The position numbers and the translations under genes are program-made. A stretch of DNA of 64,000 nt from Octopus sinensis (taxonomy: Eukaryota). Each line of letters opens with the position of its first letter. Positions within the stretch are counted from its first letter, which is position 1. Below are positions 38,513 to 51,474 of this stretch, piece by piece. The notes beneath the pieces were generated by a model, which was given only the letters and a program-made list of their open reading frames with translations, was not told the origin of the DNA and made no database searches. The stretch is from NCBI RefSeq assembly GCF_006345805.1, contig NC_043011.1, forward strand, positions 58,974,464 to 59,038,463. The letters run 5' to 3'.

Positions 38513-40164
38513 GTCGTAGTTCTCGGCTGTTCCTTCAAAAATGTGTATTCAATGGGTTTAATACTATGGACTTCCAGCACTACAGATACAGATAATTAAT
38601 AGACACACACACACGTACACAAGCATACATACTGACACACACACACACACACACAAACACCCACATGCCACGCACCCACACACGTAAACACCGACCTTAC
38701 AGAGAAACACTGATACATATATGTAGAAAAATATATGAAAATTATGGACATTTCTATTTATATCTGGTTATATATGTATATGTGAAAATCTGTTTGTATG
38801 TGGGGGATGCGTGTGGTGGTGAAGTAAATGTGTGTGTAAGTGCACAAGTTTGTACGTGCGCACGTGTGTGTTTTGTAGAAAATGATTACAAGAAAAGGTC
38901 TTCTGCACACGAGTTGCATTTTTATTTTTCTACGTATTTTCTAACGTAAAAATCTACAAAGATCTGAAATGGCTGGGTCATAGTAACAATGTAAGGGAAG
39001 GTTTTAACGTTATGTTTCATCCTTGGAGTTGATTATCAAACAAAATCTAACTTGAAAGAGAAACTATGTTGCCTTGTTTGAAGAGAGATATTTGGGAGTT
39101 CGGTGAGTCTATTCTTCCTCCACATATTGTAGTTTCAGTGTACCACTTCAAATATAACTCATTACTTTACGACGTAGTCAGTCAGAATTGAGAAACTATT
39201 ATCGGTTGCATACAGGAATTCTATTTTATAGAAGATATTGCCTTCAATTTAATAATCGTATTTTGAAAATTAAAAAGAAAAGAAATATGCATATTATATT
39301 TTAAATTTGGTTTTTATCCTTTATTAATTTCTGTGGTAAACGTTACGCAAATGCAGAATGGATTTAGAAATGTTTGTGCACGTGTACGTTAGAAAATGTT
39401 TATTTTTTACCTCTGTTTCTGACTTTACATCTTCTGGTATAGAATTGCGAAAATTATCTGGAAGAAATATCTTGAAAAAAAATCCATTAAATCTATTAAA
39501 GGAAGAGCAACATTTTACTGCCGAGTTCTTTCCTTTCTTGGATTAAAATATATAAAACAACAGTTGCGAAGATAAGAAATTCGTAAGTTCAGAAATTACT
39601 GAATGCAATAAAATAGACAGAAAAGGGTAGAATACGGAAAATATCTATTGATTTTAATTAGGAAACAAAGCTCTTTTATCAAAACGAAGATATTAGCAAT
39701 CCCTATTTACATTCAAATCTAAATGGTATATCAGTTTTTTAAGTTATGTTCCATAAAATGAAGCAATAACTACAACTAAACTGAATTTCGCAGATACGTG
39801 TTTCAATGATATCTAAAGAAAATTAGGATAAATATATTATTGATTAAGCTATTACGACGAAAATATAGAGAAAAATATCTTTAAACTATGATACATTATG
39901 TAAGATAGAATGCATTCAAATTTTCACTACCTTGTATCAGAAAGTATGAAGCACACATACGTGCATTGCGTAGATAAGGTGTTATATTTAGATATTCATA
40001 AACGAATTACAAAACATACAGCTGTCTAAGCTTATAAGGTGACATCTTAACGTGAGAAGTCCATAGGAGAGTACCACCGCGAGGAGGGAACGTTTATATA
40101 AATAACAAATCCATTTGGTCATAGATACATATTATACAATTAAGTTAGCTGCCAGACAGTCCTT

Positions 40165-40420
40165 GAACAAGACACTTCATTTGACGTTGTTCCAGTCTAA
40201 TCAGCTGGCAAATGCGAATAGTGTCTGTATTTCAAAGGTGCAACCTTGTCAGATTCTGTGTCACGGTGAAACTCCCGGAGAACCACGTTAAGGGTACACG
40301 CATCTGTGGGTACCTATGTTAAGGGTATACGTGTCAACCACTTGCACGTTAATTTCACAATCACGTTGTTCCGTCGGTCGGATCAACTGGAACCCTCGTC
40401 GTCGTAACCGACGGAGTACC
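40165..40420 (+). mobile_element. 5'-truncated SINE with a conserved central domain and a GTCGTCGTAACCGACGG tail
   Basis: GC-rich island containing CCACTTGCACGTTAATTTCAC and GGATCAACTGGAACCCTCGTCGTCGTAACC; matches an octopus SINE 3' part from recollection only. Confidence 0.6.
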
Positions 40421-40629
40421 AGATATTGAATTTTAAATTTCTTGCTTGTATTAAATAAGGTAAGAAGTGTGACCGAAATAAGTAATATATTGTGCAGTTG
40501 GAGAATTAAAAGAAACTTATGAGATATAGTCTTATATAGTTCTCTATTTAGAGATGGTAAAATAGCATCACCTTCAATGGAGATTTACACTTTGATGATT
40601 AAGGATAGAAAGCAATCAAATATTATTAA

Positions 40630-41030
40630 GAGTGGCTGTGGGGTAAGTAGCTTGCTTACTAACCACATAGTTCCGGTTTCAGGCCCACTGCGTGGCACCT
40701 TTGACAATGTCGTCTACGATTTTCTCGAGCGACCAATGCCTTGTGAGTGGATTTGATAGATGGAAACTGAAAGGAGCCAGTCGTATGTGAGTACATATAT
40801 ATATACACATGTGTGTGTGTGTGTGTGTGCGTTTGTACGTTTGTGTGTATTTGTCACTCCACCATCGCTCGACAACCGATGCTGGTGTGATTTCATCACC
40901 GTAACCTGGGGGATCGGCAAAGGGGTCCGATATAATAAGTACTGGGCTTGCATGGAATAAGTCCTGGGGTCCATTTATTCGACTAAAGGCGGTGCCCCAG
41001 CATGGCATGACTGAAATAAGAGAAAGAATA
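40630..41030 (+). mobile_element. SINE family A
   Basis: Full-length match to the family. Confidence 0.9.
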
Positions 41031-41570
41031 AAATACCATGAAAAAATATACATTAGTGTAACCTGGAAGATTGGCAGACATTTACTAGGCGTTGTCTAAT
41101 ACATAAAAAAAATCCCCAAAACTGAAGAACGCAGAATATGCATATCCTATATAACATTCGTAATGAATAATGAACCTTTTTTAAAATTAAACTGGAGGCA
41201 ATCGAGAACGAGATGCTGTTGCAACTAAAGACGTAAAATGTTGCCTGCAACGAATTATTAGTGTTTATTATGAAACATTAGAATCTACTCCGCAGTGAAT
41301 GCAAATAAAAGTTCATATTTATGAAGAATTGAACGCAACGAATGCAATGAATATTTGAATGTGCGAGAATTTGGAGTTAAAATAATTCAATGAAATTCAG
41401 AAAATCGAAATTATAGGCAACTTCTCAGAACATGAATTTATAAAAATATTTCCAGCCGGTCAATCTTTTAATATTGTTTTCTGTTATTACTTTTAGTAAT
41501 TGTTACAGAATAAGCAACGCTCTCTCTCTCTCTCTCTCTCCTCTCTCTTTTCCCTCTCTATCTCTCTCTG

Positions 41571-41622
<52 letters not shown>

Positions 41623-41629
41623 CTATCTA

Positions 41630-41717
<88 letters not shown>

Positions 41718-41760
41718 CATACATACGTATATACAAGCATGCGTACGTGTGTGTATGCGT

Positions 41761-42128
41761 TTTTTTTCAGTCATTAGATTACGGCTGTTCCGGGACATCA
41801 CCTTTAACAACTTTGGTAGAAGGAACCGACCTCAAATCGTCTTTCTTGAAGCGTCATACTTACTCTAGTAGTCTCGAATTTATGGAGAGATAAAATACCA
41901 GCACCGGATTACAAACGTTTGTCGCAGACAAAAACAGATACGAAGACATATACAGATCCATCACCCCCACACACACCACGAGTTTCTTTCATTTTCTGTG
42001 AACCAAATTCACTCACAAGCCTTTCCCGAGCCCGAGGTTATAATAGAAGACAATTCACCAAGCGTCCACGCATTGAGACTGAACCGGGAACCATATATTT
42101 GAGAAGCAAACTCCTTACCACATAGCCA
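41761..42128 (-). mobile_element. Decayed SINE family A
   Basis: CAAATTCACTCACAAGCC..GACTGAACCGGGAACCAT..CTTACCACATAGCC. Confidence 0.8.
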
Positions 42129-43990
42129 TGTTTGTGTTAATATGTACAGAAATGTGCTACGTCATGTGTGATCCACTTTATCTCCGCCTCTTTAATTGTA
42201 AATTAAGTATACTTCGTAAAGATAAAACATTATTTTAGTTTTGCGAATATTCTTGCATTGCTGGAATATCTTTTAAAGTTTTTCTTTGTTTCACACCGAA
42301 TTATAATGTCTTATAATACATCAGGTTTACTTTTAATAATCTTAAATCTTTACAAACAATTATTTCTAATTGTAGCGAAAAGTTTAATTAATGATATTAA
42401 TTAAAAGATTCCACTAAGTGATATTGCATTTCAATATCTTTATCTTGAAATTAATTAATTAAGAGTTCATATGTAATATGTGATCCCTTCCATTTTTGCA
42501 TTTTTTCTGCATCGCTTCCTTCGCAATTCCATATTTCATCTACATAGTATAACAAAATGTTTCGGGAGTTCTTAACTCACATGAGAATGTACACAAGACG
42601 CCAAGAGTTCTAGAATGCAATAAGCTACTCTGCTTCAGTTGTCTCTCTGTAATACACATTCACTCTGCTTCCCTGACTTTGGTAAGACACAAACAAATCA
42701 ATGCGGGCTTACGGATAGTAATTAGTGCGGCTTATTATACGCTTATATCTACCTGTGCTTATGCAGATTATCAGAGACCTGTCAATAGGTGTTGATCTCA
42801 TCTCTAAGGCGATTCCCTCACTGGACTGCGACCATCATGGGGTAGCATCATCATGGGTTTAGTCGAAGAAATCGACCCCAATAGATAATTCTAAATCTGC
42901 TACCTATTCTATACTCACACGCACAAAGTCTCTTTCTGTCTCTCTCTCTCTCTCTCTCTCATCCACACATATACATATATGTATGCCATGCAGTGTTACT
43001 GAACCTAAAACCTCGTAAGTAGAAATACAGATTCTTAACCACTCAAATGTGACAGCCTTATGTATGTCTCTCAATTTCCGTTACTCCAGAAGAAGCGTCG
43101 TCAACTTATCACGAAAGCCGGATTCTTTTGAGAATCCGTATGTGCGCATTTATTTATGAAAAACGGAAAACAAAGAAGAAAGAGTATAAATGAACGGATG
43201 TATACACAACTTTATTTAGTTTGTAGTATCCATTGAGTATTATAATGTGGGCGCTATTTACAATGTTTTTCGAGTCAGAATTCAGCCAGTACTTCGCTGG
43301 AACTATATATTATGACCCCGCGGAAATGAAAGACGAAACTGACATCAGCAGTATTTGAACTGCAAACTTAAAGAACCGAATCGAATGTCACACAGTTCAA
43401 CGCTTTAATGTGTGTAGTATATAACAATCTGTAAAATTTTTTAAATGTTATTTTCAATATTTGAATATTTCAATGTCAAATATATTTATTGTTTTAACCT
43501 CAAATATATGAGATATATCAATATATTGTATTTATTGTCGAATCAATCGATCTGCACGAAATAGCGGAGGGGCCTTTATCAAATCACGGTTTAGGACTAC
43601 ATTATGTGAAACTAGAAACTTAATACTGAAATGAAATTCTAGAGTTCCTTCTAGGAATTATTTGTTGCTTAAAAATCGGTAATAAAAGTAACAGCGAGGA
43701 TGCAACATGAGCAAACTTCCTTTCAAGGAGGCAGTCGTAATGAAGAAACTGCATACTGCATTAAACAACAGACAAGAACTATGCAAATAAGAGGTACCGC
43801 TGTAAAACTACAGTTTGGTCATCAAACTATTCTCTGCAACATGTCTGAGTAAGAGTAACAGCTTTCTGCGCCACGTTTCTACAGGTAAGCAGGGAAACTG
43901 GTCCTAAGTGCAAAATGATAAAGAAGTACATGCGTTGCATCATCTTTTATTTCGCTTGGCATTGCCTCGACCTTAAAATGCTTTGGCTAA

Positions 43991-44050
<60 letters not shown>

Positions 44051-44135
44051 TATATATATAATATATATATACTGGAGTATGCACATAAATGTGAAACAAA
44101 GTGGATAAAAAAATCAAATGCCGGAGGTTGAGTAA

Positions 44136-44277
44136 TATGCTTTATTAAAAGCAGCAGAAATATCACAAAGAACTGTTGCTCAGATTTTCTCATTCCCGTT
44201 CGTCTGACGAAGGGAACGTGAAACTCTGAGTAACAGCTTTTGTGATATTCCTGTGATATTTTACTGCTCTTAATAAA

Positions 44278-44282
<5 letters not shown>
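44136..44282. mobile_element. Fold-back element with a decayed hammerhead core on the + strand
   Basis: Arms CTTTATTAAAAGCAG..ATATCACAAAGAACTGTTGCTCAGA vs TCTGAGTAACAGCTTTTGTGATATT..CTGCTCTTAATAAAG; CTGACGA at 44204-44210, GAAA at 44220-44223, ACTCTGAGT stem III, GUA at 44230-44232. Confidence 0.7.
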
Positions 44283-44308
<26 letters not shown>

Positions 44309-44314
<6 letters not shown>

Positions 44315-44426
44315 AAGGAGCTTCTACAGGACTAGAACTGTTTCATTCAAGAGAAATCATCAGGAAGCTTCCTGATGATTTCTTTTGAATGAAACATATC
44401 TAGTCCTGTAGAAGCTTCTTCTATAA
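44309..44426. ncRNA. 118-nt palindrome carrying a candidate type I hammerhead on each strand
   Basis: + strand: stem I GAAGCTTC/GAAGCTTC, CTGATGA at 44372-44378, stem II TTC/GAA, GAAA at 44391-44394, stem III ACA/TGT, GUA at 44408-44410; mirror image on the - strand with stem III ACAG/CTGT. Confidence 0.6.
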
Positions 44427-44499
44427 AATAAATTAATTTACTCTGCTATGTATTGAGTACCTTATTTACTGTGGTTAACCCCGACTCAACCCGGGACCT

Positions 44500-44822
<323 letters not shown>

Positions 44823-44943
44823 GACGAAGGTGGAAATAGCAGAGAAGTACATATAAGACTTCTGAGTGAATTCAATAGAAATTATGTTAAAAAATTATAT
44901 AAAGAAGATATTACCAGTTTCCATGTATCTCATCTTAAATACA

Positions 44944-44986
<43 letters not shown>

Positions 44987-45694
44987 ATATATATATGCAT
45001 GCATAAGCACACGGGGAGTTGAACATACGTTTCGACGTGATTTACATCTTTTACACGTCAATAATAAGTGTTCCCCAAACTGAATTACGCATTTAATTGG
45101 TTGTATACCATCATCGAAATACCAAGGTAATCGTATTTCTCTGTATTTCATAAAATTGTCATACACGGCCCGGATAAATAAATCAAAATTGAAGTCAAAG
45201 CCTGAGGGATTTCAAGCAGGGTCTTTGTATTGCAGAAGTCAGAAAGAATTATGTTGAATATGAATTAGGTTCCTTGTAGCCCTTCTTGAACATACCTATT
45301 AACACTTTATGGTTTTATAATACTTTTGAAATTAAGTCAAAACCTAAGAGCAAAGCAACCTACACTATATTATTAATTAGAGTCCTAATGACTTCTCGGC
45401 GTAACGAATTACTTGTGTATATACCCACACGTATTTATTTAATTTTATTAAAAATAATTCTCCTCTGATGCTTAGTCTCTTATCATGATAAATATGTTTT
45501 TTATTCAGTCTCCTGTCTAAAAGTATATGAAGATTTATAATTTTGATACACGTCACTAATAGCCCCTCGGGTAGGAGATGTACTAGTATCTCATTTCAAG
45601 AAATTTTGCTCAGAATGAATCATATTTATTTCGATTTAGAACTGTGAGAATCTGCCTGAAATTTTGTTATATCTCTTCTGTATATGTGTAAGTG

Positions 45695-45890
45695 TGTCTG
45701 GGTGGTTAAGTATATCGTGTTGCAACTGCTGTCTTACCGTTCAGTACCCCTTTGCAAAACCTTGGAAATATCTTGTCTGCTATTACAGCCCCAGACCGAT
45801 CAATTCATTCTGCATTAAAACTATGGACGGAAACTATGCAGAAGCCCTTCGTTGTTGTGTGGTAAGAAGTTTGCTTTCCAATCAGGCATG
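45695..45890 (+). mobile_element. Highly decayed SINE family A head and body
   Basis: GGTGGTTAAG..GTTCAGTACC..GACGGAAACTATGCAGAAGCCC. Confidence 0.55.
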
Positions 45891-46013
45891 AAAGCGAACA
45901 CTGCGTTGTCGCTAAATGTAAGATGCGAACACTGGAATTATGAATGTGTGTATGTGTGTGTATGTATTATGTATGTGCTTATATATGTATGTATAAATGG
46001 AAATATATATGTG

Positions 46014-46157
46014 GTAAATTAATGTGTGACAATTATTCAATAGTCAAGATAAAACTCTGAGTTTCGGATGCCGAAGTGGAAATACACACAACAACATTTT
46101 TTCGGTTATCAGGCCATCTGGAAAACTCTATTGAATAATTGCCACATATTAATTTAC
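46014..46157. mobile_element. Fold-back element with a decayed hammerhead-like core on the - strand
   Basis: 30-bp arms GTAAATTAATGTGTGACAATTATTCAATAG / CTATTGAATAATTGCCACATATTAATTTAC; minus strand CTGATAA..GAAACTCAGAGT. Confidence 0.6.
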
Positions 46158-46846
46158 AGATAAATTTCCTCTATTTACATAATATTGAGGTCTCTTTCTT
46201 TCTTTTGTTATCTTACCGTTTTTACCAATATATATATATATATATATATTTAAATAATGAGGGAGATAAATTAATATTAATTTTAATATCAATTTAAAAC
46301 CAGTAGTCCAGCATACAAAAAATCTGAGAAATCAGAGAAAATTCTAATATATGTGTATATTGGCAGGGCAAGACTGCTAGGTAGTCGGCCATATGCTAGA
46401 AATAGATCATCAACGATCAAACTACAAAGAAAGTTCTCTAGAGGAAAAATTCAGCGAACACCAGAACCAAATTTGGCGGGCAGGACAAATGAAAATTTAT
46501 AGTGTCAAGTTATAGACAAATTGATGCAATAGAATGTTCGCTGATGAGCTGTTGTGCCTGAGCATCTCTATGCATTTGGAAGTTCCATGACATGCCTCTA
46601 AATAACCATAATGGTGAAACGCACACAATACGTCTATCCTAAACCGGTGTTTATTCATAGTTGTCCTACATTTGTTGTGTAACTCATTACTAATGCAGTA
46701 GCGTAGTTAATTAACAGCTATACAAAAAAAAGACTCGGTTATAAAAGTCTATGTTGATCTCTGAACATGACAGGTGTTGTACGTCTCCTTACATTCATAA
46801 TTTCTACTTATATGTATGTATGTATGTACGTGTATATGTATGTTTG

Positions 46847-46879
<33 letters not shown>

Positions 46880-46949
46880 ATGAATGTATGTATTTATGTA
46901 TATAGATAGATATGCATACACATATACATTTGCAAATACATATGCATAA

Positions 46950-47157
46950 CCACACACACACACACATAAATATATATATATACACAAATATATGTGTATA
47001 TACACGTATGTAATTGTAGTATATTTATATAAATACACACACACACACATACACACACACACACACATAAATATATATATATACACAAATATATGTGTAT
47101 ATACACGTATGTAATTGTAGTATATTTATATAAATACACACACACACACACACACAT

Positions 47158-47175
<18 letters not shown>
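46950..47175. repeat. Direct tandem duplication of a ~105-bp compound microsatellite unit
   Basis: TACACAAATATATGTGTATATACACGTATGTAATTGTAGTATATTTATATAAATAC occurs twice. Confidence 0.85.
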
Positions 47176-47191
<16 letters not shown>

Positions 47192-49220
47192 TATATCATT
47201 ATATATTACATGTATATTATATATTATATAGTATTATATATTTCAAGGAGATGCTCTCTTTTCGTCGACTAGCGGCGGATAGAACTTTTATAAATCAAGA
47301 GGTTATAGTCTATTCTCTCTATATCACTGTGCTTGTCTGTAACACTGAATTATTTTCTCGGCTTCATGTCAGCCCTTTTATAAATCCATATAATTTACCT
47401 GAGACGTCGAGATCTCACTACTTTCCCTCGACAACGTTCATAATAGGAGCTTTTGGTTTCAGCCATGACCTATGATGTGTATCCCGGTTTGAATATGACA
47501 CAGCCAAAAATCTACGTATTTTACTTTATCAATAATTAATTAAGGAACCAATTATTAATTTAGTAATTCTCTGAAGCGAAGTTCTTAATTGACGACGTAG
47601 AAGTATTTGACTTAAAGCTTTTAAGTTTAGAGTTGAGTAAACGGACGTGTACTAACACACTATGAATACCCGACTGGCTGAAAACTTCAGTTATATTCAC
47701 GCTAAAGGCGTTCTTTGATATAAAATTATAGAAACGAAACAATGGCTAAATGTTTTGTATATCTGATTAACTATTCATTAGTTCGTGACTTCATAACCTT
47801 TCACTGATGTTCCATTCTATTATTGAGAGAGACATTTAACCCCACTTGTTTCAGTTTACCTTAATCTATATAAGACACTAGATTTTCTTAGTAGGAAGTT
47901 CACCACCATACACTGGCCGTGTATGTAAGGTCGAAGCATATTTATTGTAACCTCATGCTGAAGAAAACAACGTTGGTTTGAGAGACAAACCTCCGAAGTG
48001 GTATGGCTTTGCAAATATTTAACTTACTATAACTCTATCCTATGAAATATAGCAATCACAACTTTAATGATATTGGATGTAAAATTAAACTGCTCTGAAT
48101 AATATTAATTAATTTAAACCTATACTAACTATCACAATCTGTAATGCGCACGACTTCCACCATCACTTCTTACCGTTGCAATTTTGTAGATCACCCATTA
48201 TGAGAGCTAATTCTCCGAAGTTGTTTTGATTTAACTGATGTGGACATTTAAAAACAATGAAACATTGCTAAAATGATCCCTACTGTCGAAACCGTTACAT
48301 ATGTGAAGCAAAGAGACGTTTAGAACTATCTGTATTATTGACATCGTGGTGTGTCATCTTAACGAAAAGAAGTAAGATTTATTTGACATTTTATTCGTCG
48401 TCACAGAATTGTCACATTTGAAATGTTGCGTTCCAGAGCTGTATTATTGATAAATATCAATAATAAGAACAAGTTAACCCTACGTAGCAGTAAGTTATAT
48501 GGCTCCGAATTTTATGAATATTTAATATGCTACATTTCAAATTTCCCTCGTGATGACAAGAACGTTAAAGCATCGAATTAATATTCGTCCATATTCTGTA
48601 AAGCCACTGGGAGTGATTTCCTTCCTCATTACATTTACTCGAACAAAATAAGTGAATAGTATGGCCGGGGTGGGGATTCACAAATAACTTTTCATTACAT
48701 AACATTTTTGTTCTTTTCCAGGGTATGTATCATACCCTGTTGCATAATACAGAATGTTTCATATTAATTATAGTCACATATTATCGGCCATCGTCTGCAA
48801 CAATAGCTATGTAAACTAAGAATTGATTAATTCAGAAACTTGTTCAAATTTATCTGATAAATCCTTTGCTATGTATACGATTATTGTTTATTACATCGAC
48901 ATATTAAATCGTCTTATCTAAGTCTTAGTATTGTCTATGAAATTATTGCATTGCTTTTAATGCTCTCACTCTATCTATCTATCTCTCTGTCTCTGTTATG
49001 ACTGTTGTGTTTACAATTGACATTATGGCGGCTCAATATAAATTGCGGCGCTAAAACAAGTGCTTATTTACTTATATTTAGTAAATGGAACTTATATGAA
49101 GTTTTTATTTTGACCCCTAGTCCAGTTATGATGCAGCATAGTTTTGTGAAAAAGATGTTTCAAATATAATCCTCTAGACTTCTTAGTACATAATGCTGCT
49201 ACCATTTTAAGCCGGTAGCG

Positions 49221-49274
49221 TGAAACGAAGTAGCTGAAACGAAGTAGCTGAAACGAAGTAGCTGAAACGAAGTA
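49221..49274. repeat. 14-bp minisatellite (TGAAACGAAGTAGC) x ~4
   Basis: Directly visible, immediately 5' of the mariner ORF remnant. Confidence 0.9.
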
Positions 49275-49279
49275 ACAGC

Positions 49280-49900
49280 ATACTTCCGTGTAATTCCGTT
49301 TTCTGCTCGGGAAAACCGGCTGGTGAGACAGTTGTCATACTTCAAACAGCTTACAGAAACGTTGCCATGAGAAAAAGGAAAAATCAAGTTTAAGAGTTGT
49401 TTTCTTGCTTTAAGAATGATCACTTGTCGCTTGATGCACTATCTTGTTCAAGGCGAGCGTCGACTTCCCGGATAAACGAAAACATTATGAAAATTCATGA
49501 AGTGATCGTAGAGGACGGTTGCCGAAGATCTGACGAAGATTTTGATATAACTAGTGTGTCCTGGAGCTCCGGATAAAACATTTTGAACGTTGAGTAGCAA
49601 ATGAAAGGTATTGGAGAGATATTTGTGCCGCGCTTGTTCACGAAGAAGAAAATCTGTTATCACTGAATGTTTGTTGTGAAACGAAAGAACAGTTGGAAAT
49701 TCATCCGGACCTTTTTTCCAAAGTCACTACAGATGAGGAAATCTGGTAAAAATGAAATTTGCAAATGTGGAAGAGGTGAAGAAAACAAAACGACGAAGGC
49801 GTAAAAGGCATCGTTCCGCAAGGGTTCCAGGAATGTTTCGGACAGTGGAAGAAGCATCTGGACCGATGCATTGCTTCATATAGAGCCAAACTTGAGGCCA
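49280..49900 (+). mobile_element. Decayed, internally deleted mariner transposase
   Basis: FLLGKT/AGETVVILQTAY..FSCFKN..STSRINENIMKIHEVIVED..FVPRL..VTTDEEIW, then a jump to KFANVEEVK and FQECFGQWKKHLDRCIAS; the catalytic middle is missing. Confidence 0.85.
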
Positions 49901-50020
49901 ATAAATGTGTAAGCATAGAAAACAAAGTGAATAAAATAATATTCCAAAATTCCTCCAATATATATATATTTACATACATGCATACATACCTACATACACA
50001 CACACACATATATATATATA

Positions 50021-50087
<67 letters not shown>

Positions 50088-50371
50088 CATTATTAAAATT
50101 ATAATGAAGAGTATCTAAAAACAATAGCACAGCAGTCAAAACTCGTTTCTAAACCTACATCAAGTATTTATGCACAACCGAGGAAAAACACAAATAGACA
50201 AAAAAACAGCAAAAAAATGGATAATCCCAGGTCCAATGAAAACTATATCATTACTGTGAATGACAGCAGGTAGCCCAAGCAGTGTATGTGCTTTAATCAA
50301 CATACTAATAGACATATACCCAAAATACAAGTAGATACATAAAGAAATAAACATATATATATACATAGATA

Positions 50372-50407
<36 letters not shown>

Positions 50408-50452
50408 ATATATATATGTATATATATGTATATATATATATATGTATGTGTC

Positions 50453-50509
<57 letters not shown>

Positions 50510-50687
50510 ATGTATGTATAATGTATGAATAATGTGTCATTTTAATTTCTAGTAACCAGCATCAGGTTCCAGTGGAGATTTTCCAAGACTAACGGCGGAC
50601 CAAATACTTAATTCGTTATGTATACAACAGCCAGTACCAGAAACAAACCACAGCCCCGCGTTAAATAATGATCTATCGTATCTATAT

Positions 50688-50739
<52 letters not shown>

Positions 50740-50803
50740 TCAGCGTGAATACTTGATAGTTGTAAGCACCTGTATATACCATTTAGTGGTGTAGATGATA
50801 GAG

Positions 50804-50897
50804 TATATTTATCAAAATATAACCATGATGCAAATGATTTAGCGGTACATATGTACCGCTAAATCCTTTGCATCATGTTTTTATTTTGATAAATATA
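50804..50897. repeat. ~47-bp-arm palindrome next to (AT)n
   Basis: TTTATCAAAATATAACCATGATGCAAATGATTTAGCGGTACAT|ATGTACCGCTAAATCCTTTGCATCATGTTTTTATTTTGATAAA. Confidence 0.85.
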
Positions 50898-50908
50898 TAT
50901 ATATATAT

Positions 50909-50964
<56 letters not shown>

Positions 50965-51110
50965 CATATACACATGCATACACACACACAAATCACGTAG
51001 GGCGTTTACTTATTGAAACAAGCTGTAAATCGACGTGAGTTCTAATACAAGACGTATTAGAAGGTAAGTGTATATATTTCCAACAAAAGTTTCCTCACAA
51101 TGTATAAATG

Positions 51111-51165
51111 TCTTAGATGAAGTTTACGAAATATTATCAACATATAACTGAAACTATTGTAAATA
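51111..51165 (+). mobile_element. Decayed hammerhead-like PLE fragment
   Basis: TAGATGA-AGTT..AACT-GAAA-C-TATT-GTA; stem I not supported. Confidence 0.3.
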
Positions 51166-51404
51166 AATATGAAGTGCTAAATAAACTTATGTTCATCTGA
51201 ATTTCAGGAGCGAAAGTTGACCCTAGTCTGATGTGATAAATATAGCGAGTTGGTGAGTGTTTTGTTATGTAAATTTTGTCAAACATTAGATTGGCATTGA
51301 CAAATTCTGAGTTTATTCATCATTTCGCAAAATCTTAGCGAAATCTGTTTGCATGTATATATTAATATGTATATATATATGTATATACATTCATGTATAT
51401 ATAT

Positions 51405-51474
<70 letters not shown>

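Noticed and set aside
47235-47272. Minus strand TCGACGA..CTCCTT-GAAA hammerhead-like remnant
   Set aside because: Two core changes, a broken stem II and no stem I; too degenerate to call
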